From sequence record PP661416.1: a DNA stretch of 61,753 nt; one strand, written 5' to 3'. A program made the position numbers and the translations under genes. This stretch comes from Pseudomonas phage Max. The notes below the pieces were generated by a model. The model was not told the DNA's origin, did no database searches, and was given only the letters and a program-made list of their open reading frames with translations. Shown one piece after another: positions 53,573 to 61,753 of the stretch. Position 1 is the first letter of the stretch; each line of letters begins with the position of its first letter.

Positions 53573-54174
53573 GCCGGTTCTCCTTCGCACAGGGGGTTGG
53601 CTTTCCAGAAGGCGCGCAGCTCGCGGCCCAGGTAGATGTTCACGCCGTCCTGGCCCTCGAAGAAGCCCCCGGCCCGGAAGGTCGGCACCACGGCGTCCTG
53701 CGCCCCGGCGGCGATCCCGTCCGCGGATTGAGCCCAGTTCAGGGCTTGATCGGCGGAGTCGAAACCCTGCGCCGTGAAGAAGCTGCCGGAGTCGCTGATG
53801 ATGTAGAACTTGTCCAACTCCATTTCCAGACCGCTTCCGGGGTCCAGGAAGGTTTCCACGTGCTGCATCTTCCCGGTCGGGCTCCGTCCCCAGGAGCGGT
53901 TGCGGTTCACGCTCATCTTGTAGTCCACCACGGTCTGGAGGTCCACGTTCAGCTTCTCCGCGACCTGGGCGAGCATGATGAACACGTCCGCGCACTCCTT
54001 CTGGAGTTCCTGGACCAACTCCTGGTCCATGTCCGCGACCGGGACGGCGGCGACGGTAGCGAGGCCCGCGACCAGCTCCGCCACCTCCACGTTCATCCGC
54101 GCGGCGACTTCCGCGGGGTGCTTCGGGCCGAAGGTGTCGTCAGCCCAGCGGGTGATTGATTCTTGGGTTTCCAT
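53569..54174 (-). CDS. MazG-like nucleoside triphosphate pyrophosphohydrolase
   Basis: TRWADDTFG...EVAELVA...ELQKECADVFIMLAQVAEKLNVDL. Confidence 0.7.
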   Translation of the reverse strand: METQESITRWADDTFGPKHPAEVAARMNVEVAELVAGLATVAAVPVADMDQELVQELQKECADVFIMLAQVAEKLNVDLQTVVDYKMSVNRNRSWGRSPTGKMQHVETFLDPGSGLEMELDKFYIISDSGSFFTAQGFDSADQALNWAQSADGIAAGAQDAVVPTFRAGGFFEGQDGVNIYLGRELRAFWKANPLCEGEPA

Positions 54175-54176
54175 AT

Positions 54177-54446
54177 TCAGTTGGTTCTCCGAGGTTCACA
54201 AACAATAGTCTTGCCCAGGGGCCGCGACGGATCGCGGCGGCACTCCAGGCGCTCAAACCGGGACGGGTCCGGCTTTCCTGCCTCCGCCGGTACGGTGACG
54301 CGGACCGGCGGGGCGAGACGGGGCGAGAAGCTGCCGACCTGCGCCCGGCGGACCGTCTCCTGGGCAGAGTACAGGGGGCGATCCTCCGCTTGCGCCTGCG
54401 TGGCGAGCGGCAGCAGGACGGCCAGGGCGAGGGTCATCAGTCTCAT
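54177..54446 (-). CDS. small secreted protein (signal peptide), first gene after the promoter at 54481..54509
   Basis: MRLMTLALAVLLPLATQAQA. AAGGAG RBS. Confidence 0.45.
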   Translation of the reverse strand: MRLMTLALAVLLPLATQAQAEDRPLYSAQETVRRAQVGSFSPRLAPPVRVTVPAEAGKPDPSRFERLECRRDPSRPLGKTIVCEPRRTN

Positions 54447-54480
54447 GATCGGGCTCCTTCGGTTCGGGGTCAGTGAAGAA

Positions 54481-54509
54481 AGTATAGTCACGGACCCCGA
54501 AGAAGTAAA
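54481..54509 (-). promoter_or_regulatory. sigma70-like promoter (-35 TTTACT, 17 bp, -10 TATACT)
   Basis: gtgaagaaagtatagtc...cgaagaagtaaag. Confidence 0.5.
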
Positions 54510-54513
54510 GTGG

Positions 54514-54855
54514 TCAGTGCTTCGAGGCCGTCATGGACTGGAGGAGGTCGCCCAAGGAGGGGCGGGCGTCCTCCGCCTCGCGCTTGCTCAGGAAGGCGCA
54601 GCCGTGGTCATCCAGATAGCTCGCGTCCAGTTCCCACTCGCCCAACTCCTCCATCGGGAGGTCCGCGGCGTTCATGAGCACCGGCCAGGCCCGGCTCATC
54701 TGCTCCTGGGCGTCCCGCCCGAGTTCGTTCAGTCGCTCCTGAAACTCGCGTTCCAGCTCCGCCTTCTGGGCGTGGGCTTGTTGGTGGATGCCGTGGACGG
54801 CCCGGGCGGCGGTCAGGGCGTCTCCGGTGAGACGGATGGTGGTCTTGCGGCTCAT
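54514..54855 (-). CDS. hypothetical protein
   Basis: 113 aa. Confidence 0.45.
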   Translation of the reverse strand: MSRKTTIRLTGDALTAARAVHGIHQQAHAQKAELEREFQERLNELGRDAQEQMSRAWPVLMNAADLPMEELGEWELDASYLDDHGCAFLSKREAEDARPSLGDLLQSMTASKH

Positions 54856-56030
54856 AGCGGTTCTCCGGTGATCTGTTCGCCCAAGGACACGATGGTGTCC
54901 ACCAGGAAGTTCTGCATGGTGCGGGTTTCATCGTACAGCTGGTGACGGAGGTGGATGAACTCCTCAATCAGCGTCCCGGCCAGCATCTTGGTCCCCATCA
55001 TCAAGGTGCGCTTGCTGACGTAGATTTTGCCCTCATGCGCCCGGCCCATGACTTCCTCGCCCAGGAACTCGCTGACAATGATCGGGTACTCCTGGACGGC
55101 GAAGCCCAGCCGCTCGCAGAAGCCCGCGGCCTTCTCCAGCCGGGTCCGTTCCAGCTCGCTCAGGCGCATCGGGGTCGCCTCCTCGTGGAGCTGGTCCATG
55201 ATCCAGACCTGCGAAGCCTTCAGCGCGGAGCGGGACAGCGAGGAGTCGAAGCTGCGGGCGAGTTCGGAGACGGTCGCCAGGAAGGGCTTGGACGGCTCCA
55301 CGCCCTCGAACTCCAGCGCATGCTCGAAGGTCGCCTTGGGCGCGGTGACGGCCTTCTTGATCAGGGGAGCCTGTTGCGACTCGCAGAGCCCGCGGCGGAC
55401 GGCGGCGCTGATGTCCCAGGACCACTTGATGGTCCGATCCTCCGTCAGGTCCACCTTCTTCTGGATGTTGTAGGTGAACTGCGAGGGGTTGTCCAGCCGG
55501 TAGGCTCGCACGCCCCGGTAGTACACGAAGTGAGACGGGCCGGGATGGATGTGGACGGCCTCGTGGCGCTCCAGCGGTTCGGAGGACAGGATGATGTCGG
55601 AGCGGGAGGCCCAGACATCCAGGAACTTCTCGCCCCGGACCACAATCACGGTTTCGTCCGCGGCGACTTCCGGGACCTCGCTGGCCTCGAACACTTCGCC
55701 CCGTTCGTCCATCGTGTTGCAGTACAGCTCGCGGAAGGCTTGCCACACTTCCCAGGTCTTGCCGACCTCCGTGGTGAAGCCCAGACGGCGGTTGTTCATC
55801 GTGACCACGTTGAAGTCATCGACCCGGACGCGATCCCGCTTGATGCCGAACTCCAGCTTGCGTTTCCCGGCGTGAATGGTGATGTCGCAGCCCTCGCGGA
55901 GGAGGATGGCGATGGCGTACTTGAGGCCGGTCCCGAAGAAGCCGATGGCCCCGGGGTTCTCCTTCGAGCTGACCCCGAAGGTGGTGATGGACTTGGGGTC
56001 AATGACGCCCTTGTTGCGGAAGATGATCAC
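54852..56030 (-). CDS. hypothetical protein, 392 aa (GTG start), with an N-terminal Gly-rich IGFFGTGLKYAIA segment
   Basis: AAGGAG 7 nt before GTG-ATC-ATC. No confident family assignment. Confidence 0.45.
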   Translation of the reverse strand: MIIFRNKGVIDPKSITTFGVSSKENPGAIGFFGTGLKYAIAILLREGCDITIHAGKRKLEFGIKRDRVRVDDFNVVTMNNRRLGFTTEVGKTWEVWQAFRELYCNTMDERGEVFEASEVPEVAADETVIVVRGEKFLDVWASRSDIILSSEPLERHEAVHIHPGPSHFVYYRGVRAYRLDNPSQFTYNIQKKVDLTEDRTIKWSWDISAAVRRGLCESQQAPLIKKAVTAPKATFEHALEFEGVEPSKPFLATVSELARSFDSSLSRSALKASQVWIMDQLHEEATPMRLSELERTRLEKAAGFCERLGFAVQEYPIIVSEFLGEEVMGRAHEGKIYVSKRTLMMGTKMLAGTLIEEFIHLRHQLYDETRTMQNFLVDTIVSLGEQITGEPL

Positions 56031-56068
56031 GTTGTGACTCCTTTTCTCAGGGTTGTTGAAACAGAATC

Positions 56069-56434
56069 TTACTCCACCCACACTCGCTCATAGCGGTCCG
56101 GGAGGGCTCCACACGATCCGGGGGAGCCGTCCGCGTTCACCACGCGCACGCACTCCCGGGTCAGGTAGCTGATATGAACCTCCGGGCGGTCCAGATAGTC
56201 CGCAAAGACCCCCGCCAGGCCCCAGAGCAGCAGGACGGCGAAGGCGAGCGGAGCAGCCCAGCGGGCGTGGTCACACAACCTCGTCAGCGTCCCACGCATA
56301 GCCCCGAAGGCGATTGACTTCAAACTCGAATCGCAACGGGCTTCGCGCAGCAAGTCCTCGTGCGACTTCTTGCGGTTTTGCGCCGCGCGGGATTGGGTGC
56401 CCGTGTATGCGGCGGAAGGCTTCTTGTAGTTCAT
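56069..56434 (-). CDS. membrane protein, first gene after the promoter at 56512..56540
   Basis: TM segment AAPLAFAVLLLWGLAGVFA. Confidence 0.45.
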   Translation of the reverse strand: MNYKKPSAAYTGTQSRAAQNRKKSHEDLLREARCDSSLKSIAFGAMRGTLTRLCDHARWAAPLAFAVLLLWGLAGVFADYLDRPEVHISYLTRECVRVVNADGSPGSCGALPDRYERVWVE

Positions 56435-56511
56435 GATGGGTCAGCTCCTTTCCAATCTCGAATCGCGGCGTCAGTATCGGGGGTTGGTTCATTTCTCAAC
56501 TCGTGTGAAGA

Positions 56512-56540
56512 AGTATAGTGGGTCAATCCGAAGAAGTAAA
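56512..56540 (-). promoter_or_regulatory. sigma70-like promoter (-35 TTTACT, 17 bp, -10 TATACT)
   Basis: gtgaagaagtatagtg...cgaagaagtaaag. Confidence 0.5.
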
Positions 56541-56545
56541 GCGGT

Positions 56546-56761
56546 TCAGGTCAATTCCAGCGCACGGCGGATTTCCCGCCGGACCTGAAGGCGGGCGTTG
56601 AGGGCCGCGCGGTGGTCGGAGGAAGTCCGCGAGCACGTCACCATCAGGGGCTTCCCCCTCACGGTGAAGCGGACCTTGTAGTGTCTCCGGCCCAGCTCCA
56701 CCGTGTAGGCGATCCCCGCCCCCTCCAGCTCCCGCTTCGTTGCTTCCAGCGTCTCGCTCAT
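56546..56761 (-). CDS. hypothetical protein
   Basis: 71 aa. Confidence 0.4.
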   Translation of the reverse strand: MSETLEATKRELEGAGIAYTVELGRRHYKVRFTVRGKPLMVTCSRTSSDHRAALNARLQVRREIRRALELT

Positions 56762-56771
56762 GGGGGCGTCC

Positions 56772-59183
56772 TCAGAATGGCGGCTTGTCCGACTTCGGGC
56801 CGTCCTTCAGAGGCTCCTGGGTCGGTTCGACCTTGGGCCACTCGAACGGGCCGCCAAAGTTCTTGTCCCAGTGCGCCCGGACCTGCTCCAGCGGCGGGAG
56901 GTGGTACATGTACACGCGCTTCTTGATCATCACCTCGAAGCCGTGTTCATTGGTCCATGGAATCTCCGCCATTTCCTGCTTCGACTGCGGCCAGCCGTCC
57001 GGGAAGGCCCGGGCAAGCCACTTGCCGAAGCCGGTGCGGCTCATGCGGAAGTTCCGGCCCTGGTCGCGGAGGTCGTTCACGTAGTCGTCATACAAGCTGT
57101 CCTTCACCACCTTGTTCCGCCAGTCCTGGTCGGTCTTGAGCAACCGGCCCTCCCACAGCTTCTCATACATCCACTGGGTTTCCGGCGACATGCTCATGAT
57201 CTTCTGGTCCTGCAGCGCCCGGGTCTGGGGGACCTGGCGAACCTCGAAGGCGCTCAGGTCATAGGTCAGGAGGAAGTGGAGCAGGTGCTCAAGTCCTCCG
57301 TTGTCCAGATCGTCCTTGATGCGCTTGAAATAGGCGTGGTCCTGCTTGTGTCCCTCGCCCACCTCCATGACGAAGAACCGGCGTTCATCCAGACCCGCGG
57401 GCACCACCCAATCTTCGTTCGAGGCGAGGACCAGGTGGACATAGTTCGGGGCCGCTTCCGCGTCCACGCCCTTGCCCTCGATCACCAGGTGTTCTTCGGT
57501 CACGAGGGTCTTGAGCACGCTTTCGTGCTTCTTGTCCCCGGCGAAGAAAGCCTCATCACCGAACAGCAGGACGGTATCGCGGAGGTGGGCGTTGAAGGAG
57601 CCCACCAGGTGCTTCGAGTCGCTGACTTGGAGGTAGTGACGCCCGAACATCGCGCCCAGGACCTTGGCGAAGAAGGACTTGCCGGTGCCGCGGCGACCGC
57701 GGAGGACCACGGCCACTTCGCCCGGGCCGTCCGGGTGCTGGACCATCCGCGCCATCCACCCGACCAGGTAGTGGTAGTGCTCCGGGTTCCCTGAGCAGAC
57801 GTTGTCGCGGATGTGGTTCAGGAAGGGCATATGCTTCTCGCCCGGGAGGGAGTCGCACGCGAACCCGCGCCAGAGGTTGTAGGCTTCTTCGACCTCCTGG
57901 CCGGGGGCAAACACGATGGTCTCATATTGGCGGCGCTGGGGGTGATCAATCCAGAAGGCTCCCGCGGCCTTCTCGATGGGCTTGCCCTCCTCCGAGTGCC
58001 CAACCACTACCTTGATGTGGCGGTAGCGGTTGCGGAAGTCCTCGAAGGACTGCTTGCTGATTTTGGTCCGCTTCATCGCCGGGTCCCAGACCTCGCTGAT
58101 GATGCGGCACTTCCCGCCGATGTCCGCGATGACGGCGTGCTTCTCGTTGAGCTTGCGCAGCCAAGGGTCCACCGCCTCCTCGTGGGCGCGTTCGATCTGC
58201 CGCAGGGCGTAGCCTTCCCAGTTCGGCTTGTCTCTGACGCTCGCGGCGATTTCGTTGGAGCCGGTGATCACCGCGAAGATCATTTCATCAGGGACCTCCG
58301 CCCGCACGAGGTCGCAGCAGACCTTGAACAGGGCTTCCGACCGGGAGGGGTACTTGGTCGGGTCCAGCGGGTCCTGCCCAGTAGCAATCAGCGCCAGTAC
58401 GTGGTCGCTGATAGCCTTCCCGTGCTCATGGGCCCACTCCCGCAGCTCCTCCGTCCCGATGTCCGGGACGTTGCCCGTGATCTTCACCTTCGGACGGCCC
58501 CCGGCCAGGCCCTGCTCCGCCATCTGGACTCGAACCGCGGGGGTGAATTGCTCGATGGGGTAGCTGGCCTCATTCCACTCCACGAGACGGGCGAGGGTCG
58601 GCTGGCGACCCTTCTTGACCTTCTTCGCGGTGGGCATGTTGATCGTGCCCGGGAGGCGCATGATGCGGTCCACGTTGTGGCAGTGGTCCGCCTGAAACAC
58701 CTTCTCCAGCTGGATGTTGTACGCTTCCAGCTCCTGAGCCTTCGCCACCGATCCGGCGATGTCCAGCTTGTCGGACGGGTTCAGACGCCAAAAGCCCTGA
58801 TAGCCCCCGCCCGAGTCGATGATGACCGTGGGCTTGGGCGTGTAGGACTGGAGCAGCTTCAGAGCCCGCGCCCGCTCCTCCTCGAAGTCCTCCCCGGCTC
58901 GCGGGTCGATGTCCACGTGAAGCCAGGCGAGGCGGGCCATGTCCTCCTTCGAGGCTTTCACGTCCATCGCCCGGCGGACCGGGTTCACGTGGAAGTACAG
59001 GTTGCGCTTGCCCTGGTGCCCTTCGATCCACTCCGCGGCCTTCTGCCAGCGGTCGGGCATGAATGTGACCGTCTCCGTTTTCCCGTCCGGGATGATGGCC
59101 GTCAGGACCCACGGCCCTTCCGGGCACCACTTCTTCAAGAAGTCGATTGCGTCCTTGGTCTTGTGTTTCGGCAGTTCCGCCAT
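56772..59183 (-). CDS. bifunctional primase-polymerase / SF3 helicase (prim-pol N-domain + D5/P4-type helicase)
   Basis: 803 aa. Walker A GRRGTGKS in the C-terminal half. N-terminal prim-pol-like region with DIDP/acidic motifs. Confidence 0.8.
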   Translation of the reverse strand: MAELPKHKTKDAIDFLKKWCPEGPWVLTAIIPDGKTETVTFMPDRWQKAAEWIEGHQGKRNLYFHVNPVRRAMDVKASKEDMARLAWLHVDIDPRAGEDFEEERARALKLLQSYTPKPTVIIDSGGGYQGFWRLNPSDKLDIAGSVAKAQELEAYNIQLEKVFQADHCHNVDRIMRLPGTINMPTAKKVKKGRQPTLARLVEWNEASYPIEQFTPAVRVQMAEQGLAGGRPKVKITGNVPDIGTEELREWAHEHGKAISDHVLALIATGQDPLDPTKYPSRSEALFKVCCDLVRAEVPDEMIFAVITGSNEIAASVRDKPNWEGYALRQIERAHEEAVDPWLRKLNEKHAVIADIGGKCRIISEVWDPAMKRTKISKQSFEDFRNRYRHIKVVVGHSEEGKPIEKAAGAFWIDHPQRRQYETIVFAPGQEVEEAYNLWRGFACDSLPGEKHMPFLNHIRDNVCSGNPEHYHYLVGWMARMVQHPDGPGEVAVVLRGRRGTGKSFFAKVLGAMFGRHYLQVSDSKHLVGSFNAHLRDTVLLFGDEAFFAGDKKHESVLKTLVTEEHLVIEGKGVDAEAAPNYVHLVLASNEDWVVPAGLDERRFFVMEVGEGHKQDHAYFKRIKDDLDNGGLEHLLHFLLTYDLSAFEVRQVPQTRALQDQKIMSMSPETQWMYEKLWEGRLLKTDQDWRNKVVKDSLYDDYVNDLRDQGRNFRMSRTGFGKWLARAFPDGWPQSKQEMAEIPWTNEHGFEVMIKKRVYMYHLPPLEQVRAHWDKNFGGPFEWPKVEPTQEPLKDGPKSDKPPF

Positions 59184-59195
59184 TTCCGATCCCCC

Positions 59196-59522
59196 TCAAA
59201 AGCCCCAATATTCACGAAGGCGCTCAACCGGCGCTTTCCCGTCCTCCATCTGGATGACCCAGAGGCGAGTGCAGCCCAGAGCGGCGGCGATTTCGCGCTG
59301 GGTCTTACCCGAGCGGCGGCGGAATAGCAAGCAGACCTCGTGGGGCTTCAGTTGTCCGAGGTGCTGGCGCGGTTGATCGTCCAGGCGGCGGTCCGCTTCC
59401 CATTCACGGTAGCGGTCCGGGTGCACCCCGTACTCCTTCGCGGCCTCAATTTGGTTGAGGCCCTTGCGGCGGCGGTGTAGCAGTAGGCTTTCGCCTTTGG
59501 TTGGTGTCACTGTAGCAGACAT
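59196..59522 (-). CDS. HTH DNA-binding protein (putative transcriptional regulator)
   Basis: Start MSATVTPTK with AAGGAG. KGLNQIEAAKEYGV and TQREIAAALGCTRLWVIQMEDG helix-turn-helix-like segments. Confidence 0.5.
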   Translation of the reverse strand: MSATVTPTKGESLLLHRRRKGLNQIEAAKEYGVHPDRYREWEADRRLDDQPRQHLGQLKPHEVCLLFRRRSGKTQREIAAALGCTRLWVIQMEDGKAPVERLREYWGF

Positions 59523-59905
59523 GTACAAATCTCCTTGGTTCTTGGAAGGCGTGTCCAACGTGCGACACAGACCTCATACAGACGTTCTCGCGGAACCCGG
59601 CCCAGCATAGCAGCGGCCACCGCTCCATCGAATAGCAACCACTCAGTCTCCCCGACCTTCAGCAGGAGGAAGGCCCGGCCCCCGGCCCTGCGGCGACGGG
59701 TCAGCCAGGTCCTCTGCTGGCGGGTGAAGTGGTCCACTCGAAGCGGTCCGCCCCTGGGCGGCCAGCGTTCAGCGAACTTCAATTCAATCCAGCCCTGGTT
59801 GTAGTTCACATCCGGGGTCCCGGGCACAATGGGGTTCTCCACGCGCACCGGGTCCAGCGACCGGATGACGGGGCGGAGGGAGTCCCACATTGCGGCTTCA
59901 GACAT
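59507..59905 (-). CDS. VRR-NUC domain nuclease (PD-(D/E)xK)
   Basis: GTPDVNYNQGWIELKF...QQRTWLTRRRRAGGRAFLL matches the VRR-NUC pattern G.PD...G...ELK...S..Q..W. Confidence 0.55.
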   Translation of the reverse strand: MSEAAMWDSLRPVIRSLDPVRVENPIVPGTPDVNYNQGWIELKFAERWPPRGGPLRVDHFTRQQRTWLTRRRRAGGRAFLLLKVGETEWLLFDGAVAAAMLGRVPRERLYEVCVARWTRLPRTKEICTCLLQ

Positions 59906-60359
59906 CTACCCACCTCACTTCGATGTTGTAACGGCGGGCGACTTCCAAAGCCTCATCAATGCGTTGATTCCACTCAGCAACCCACCCCGGATCGCGGCCC
60001 GAGTAGTCGATGCCCGGGAAGGCGACCCGCTTCACGCCCGCCTTCCCCGCGGCCTCCATACAGTTCGGACAGCAGGGGAAAGAAGTATAGAGCGTGAAGC
60101 CAGTCGCAGGCGAGCCCAGAAAGTTGAGTGCGTTGACCTCTGCGTGAACAACGTGCTGGTATTTGTACCCGCGGTCAGCGTACAACTCCGGCGAGTCATC
60201 GTGCCCGGGCGGGAAGCCGTTGAACCCGGTCGAAGCCACGCTGTTGTTGGGCCGAACCAGGACGGCTCCGACCTTCGTGGAAGGGTCCTTGCTCCAGCCC
60301 GCGACGTGTTGGGCCAGCCCAACATAGCGGCGGTCCCAGCGGTCTTGACGTTCGCTCAT
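59898..60359 (-). CDS. dCMP deaminase
   Basis: HAEVNAL...PCCPNCM zinc-binding motifs. Confidence 0.85.
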   Translation of the reverse strand: MSERQDRWDRRYVGLAQHVAGWSKDPSTKVGAVLVRPNNSVASTGFNGFPPGHDDSPELYADRGYKYQHVVHAEVNALNFLGSPATGFTLYTSFPCCPNCMEAAGKAGVKRVAFPGIDYSGRDPGWVAEWNQRIDEALEVARRYNIEVRWVDV

Positions 60360-60550
60360 TTCACCTCCCCCTTCAGCAAAACCTTCTGGGCGACGTTCCC
60401 GAGGAAGTAACCGCCCAGCAGGAGCCAGGTCAAGGACTCGAAGGCGTCCACCGGCAACTTGCCCATGTACAGGAGCCAGACCAGGACCGCCTCCCAGATC
60501 ATCGCCGCCCAGAACTTCCGGGAGGTCCAGCGCACGGCGATGTCGTTCAT
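60356..60550 (-). CDS. small two-TM membrane protein
   Basis: Start MNDIAVRW. TM segments AAMIWEAVLVWLLYM and WLLLGGYFLGNV. Confidence 0.4.
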   Translation of the reverse strand: MNDIAVRWTSRKFWAAMIWEAVLVWLLYMGKLPVDAFESLTWLLLGGYFLGNVAQKVLLKGEVK

Positions 60551-60861
60551 ATCAGCCCCTTCTCGTTGGCGATCCATTCGGTGACCGTCAGGGTCGCTGT
60601 GCGGCCCTTCTTCTCGACCGCGCGGACCTGTGACTTGGGCATCCAGACTTCCTCCTCACCGCCGTGGTCGATGAGGTATGCCTTGTCTGTCTCGCGCTTG
60701 ATGACCACTTCGAGGTCCACGGTGTTGTCGTTGCTGCGGCGCATATCGTTCTCCAGGGGTTCGCCCCGGACTTCCTCCGGGGTCAGGCGGGTACACTTTG
60801 CGCAGCGTGCGTCCGCAAACAAGTAAGTGACCTGCGCGTCACATTGATAGCAGAACTTCAT
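60547..60861 (-). CDS. zinc-ribbon protein
   Basis: Start MKFCYQCDAQ...CAKC, ATGA-coupled to the DNA polymerase stop. Confidence 0.4.
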   Translation of the reverse strand: MKFCYQCDAQVTYLFADARCAKCTRLTPEEVRGEPLENDMRRSNDNTVDLEVVIKRETDKAYLIDHGGEEEVWMPKSQVRAVEKKGRTATLTVTEWIANEKGLI

Positions 60862-61753
60862 GATGGTGGGTTCCCGTCCCAGCCCATGGAATGACCCCAG
60901 CTCTGCCCAATCTCCACGTCCACCTTTGACGGGAGTTCGAGCGGCGTGCACGTCCTCATGATGTGGGCGGCTTCCGCGGCCTCCTTCATGTCGTGTACGC
61001 TGAAGGCGATCTCATCGTGGACCTGGATGATGATGTCCAGTCCGGCTTCCGCGCAGGCCACCATCGCCATCTTGGTCTGGTCCGCGGAGGAGCCCTGAAT
61101 CAGCCGGTTCAGTCCCTTGTGGGTCCAGTCATAGTTCCCGTCCTTGTCCTTCGGGAAGCGGCAACGGCGACCGCTCAGGGTCGTGATGTAGCCCACGGCC
61201 TTCGCCCGGGCTTCGCAAGCCTTCGCCAGCTTCTTGATGAACGGCACCTTGTGGTCGAAGGTGTCCAGGAGGGCCTGACCCTCCGGCCCCGCGGCCTCGA
61301 ACCTCCGCGCCCCTTCCGCGACCAGGCGCTGACCCTCCGGGCTGTTCACGTCGAACAGCTGGAAGCGGGGGCCACGCACGGCCATCATAGTCGGGAGCCC
61401 GAGCTTGCGGCACATCTTCGCCCCGCCCATCCCGTAGGACAGGCCCAGGTAGATTTCCTTGGCGTCCTTGCGCTTGATCCCCGCCATGTCCGCCATCATC
61501 TGGTGGTTGTCGGTGTTCGGGTCGTTGCGGTACTTGTCCCGGGCTTCGATTGCGGACAGCCAGGCTTGGTGCCCAATCAGGTCCTTCGCCAAGCAGGCAT
61601 AGTGGACCGCCATGCGCGGCTCCTGCTGGCTGTAGTCGTTGGACGCCCAGTGTTGGCCTTCCTCCGGGAGGTAGATGGCCCGCCACATCATGGCGAACTC
61701 ATCCCGAGCCGGTTGCTGCTGGAGGTTCGGGTGTTCGCTGGACAGTCGCCCGT
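60858..61753 (-). CDS. DNA polymerase family A, C-terminal part (fingers/palm motifs). Same gene as 1..1210 across the 111-bp terminal duplication
   Basis: Track ORF 60858..61691 contains RRxxKxxxYGxxYG-like and QVHDE (motif C) signatures. Bases 61643..61753 equal 1..111. Confidence 0.9.
   Translation of the reverse strand, partial: GRLSSEHPNLQQQPARDEFAMMWRAIYLPEEGQHWASNDYSQQEPRMAVHYACLAKDLIGHQAWLSAIEARDKYRNDPNTDNHQMMADMAGIKRKDAKEIYLGLSYGMGGAKMCRKLGLPTMMAVRGPRFQLFDVNSPEGQRLVAEGARRFEAAGPEGQALLDTFDHKVPFIKKLAKACEARAKAVGYITTLSGRRCRFPKDKDGNYDWTHKGLNRLIQGSSADQTKMAMVACAEAGLDIIIQVHDEIAFSVHDMKEAAEAAHIMRTCTPLELPSKVDVEIGQSWGHSMGWDGNPPS
61643..61753. repeat. second copy of the 111-bp terminal duplication
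   Basis: Identical to 1..111. Confidence 0.95.

Overview
The window is almost certainly a complete tailed-phage genome with high GC content (about 64%, estimated by eye), shown as the reverse complement. The last 111 bases (61643..61753) repeat bases 1..111 exactly, so the unit is about 61,642 bp and circular or circularly permuted. A family A DNA polymerase gene runs across the junction. Every convincing gene lies on the minus strand, about 88 CDSs in total. The many long plus-strand ORFs in the supplied track are GC-rich antisense artefacts. Order on the minus strand, from high to low coordinates: (1) an early/replication block, 61642->44234. It holds the DNA polymerase, dCMP deaminase, a VRR-NUC nuclease, an HTH regulator, a prim-pol/SF3 primase-helicase, MazG, a protein-kinase-like gene, a DEDDh exonuclease, a TraR-type zinc finger, a GGDEF protein, ArdB/KlcA and many small unknowns. 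It is punctuated by at least five copies of one sigma70-like promoter plus RBS cassette. (2) Noncoding region B, 43567..44233. (3) A late morphogenesis/lysis block, 43566->18001. It runs TerS, TerL, portal, Mu-F-like head protein, scaffold and MCP, then an embedded Rz/Rz1-holin-endolysin cassette. Head-tail adaptors, the major tail protein and G/GT chaperones with a -1 frameshift follow, then the tape-measure protein, several tail proteins, a lambda-J-like host specificity protein and a fibre. (4) Noncoding region A, 17574..18000, related in sequence to region B. (5) A DNA-metabolism block, 17573->1. It holds an SNF2 helicase, an SSB-like protein, a Dda/RecD-like helicase, a class II RNR and a UDG-like gene. 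It also holds a pyrimidine-hypermodification cluster: a ThyA-like hydroxymethylase, a P-loop kinase, two aGPT-Pplase-like paralogues, a radical SAM enzyme and a PLP enzyme. An HD nucleotidase and a DUF3310 protein complete the block. The gene content and architecture resemble Pseudomonas YuA/M6-like siphoviruses, whose DNA carries hypermodified thymidine. That resemblance is from memory, not a search. No tRNA, CRISPR array, integrase or transposase was recognised. All my own coordinates may be off by 1-2 nt.
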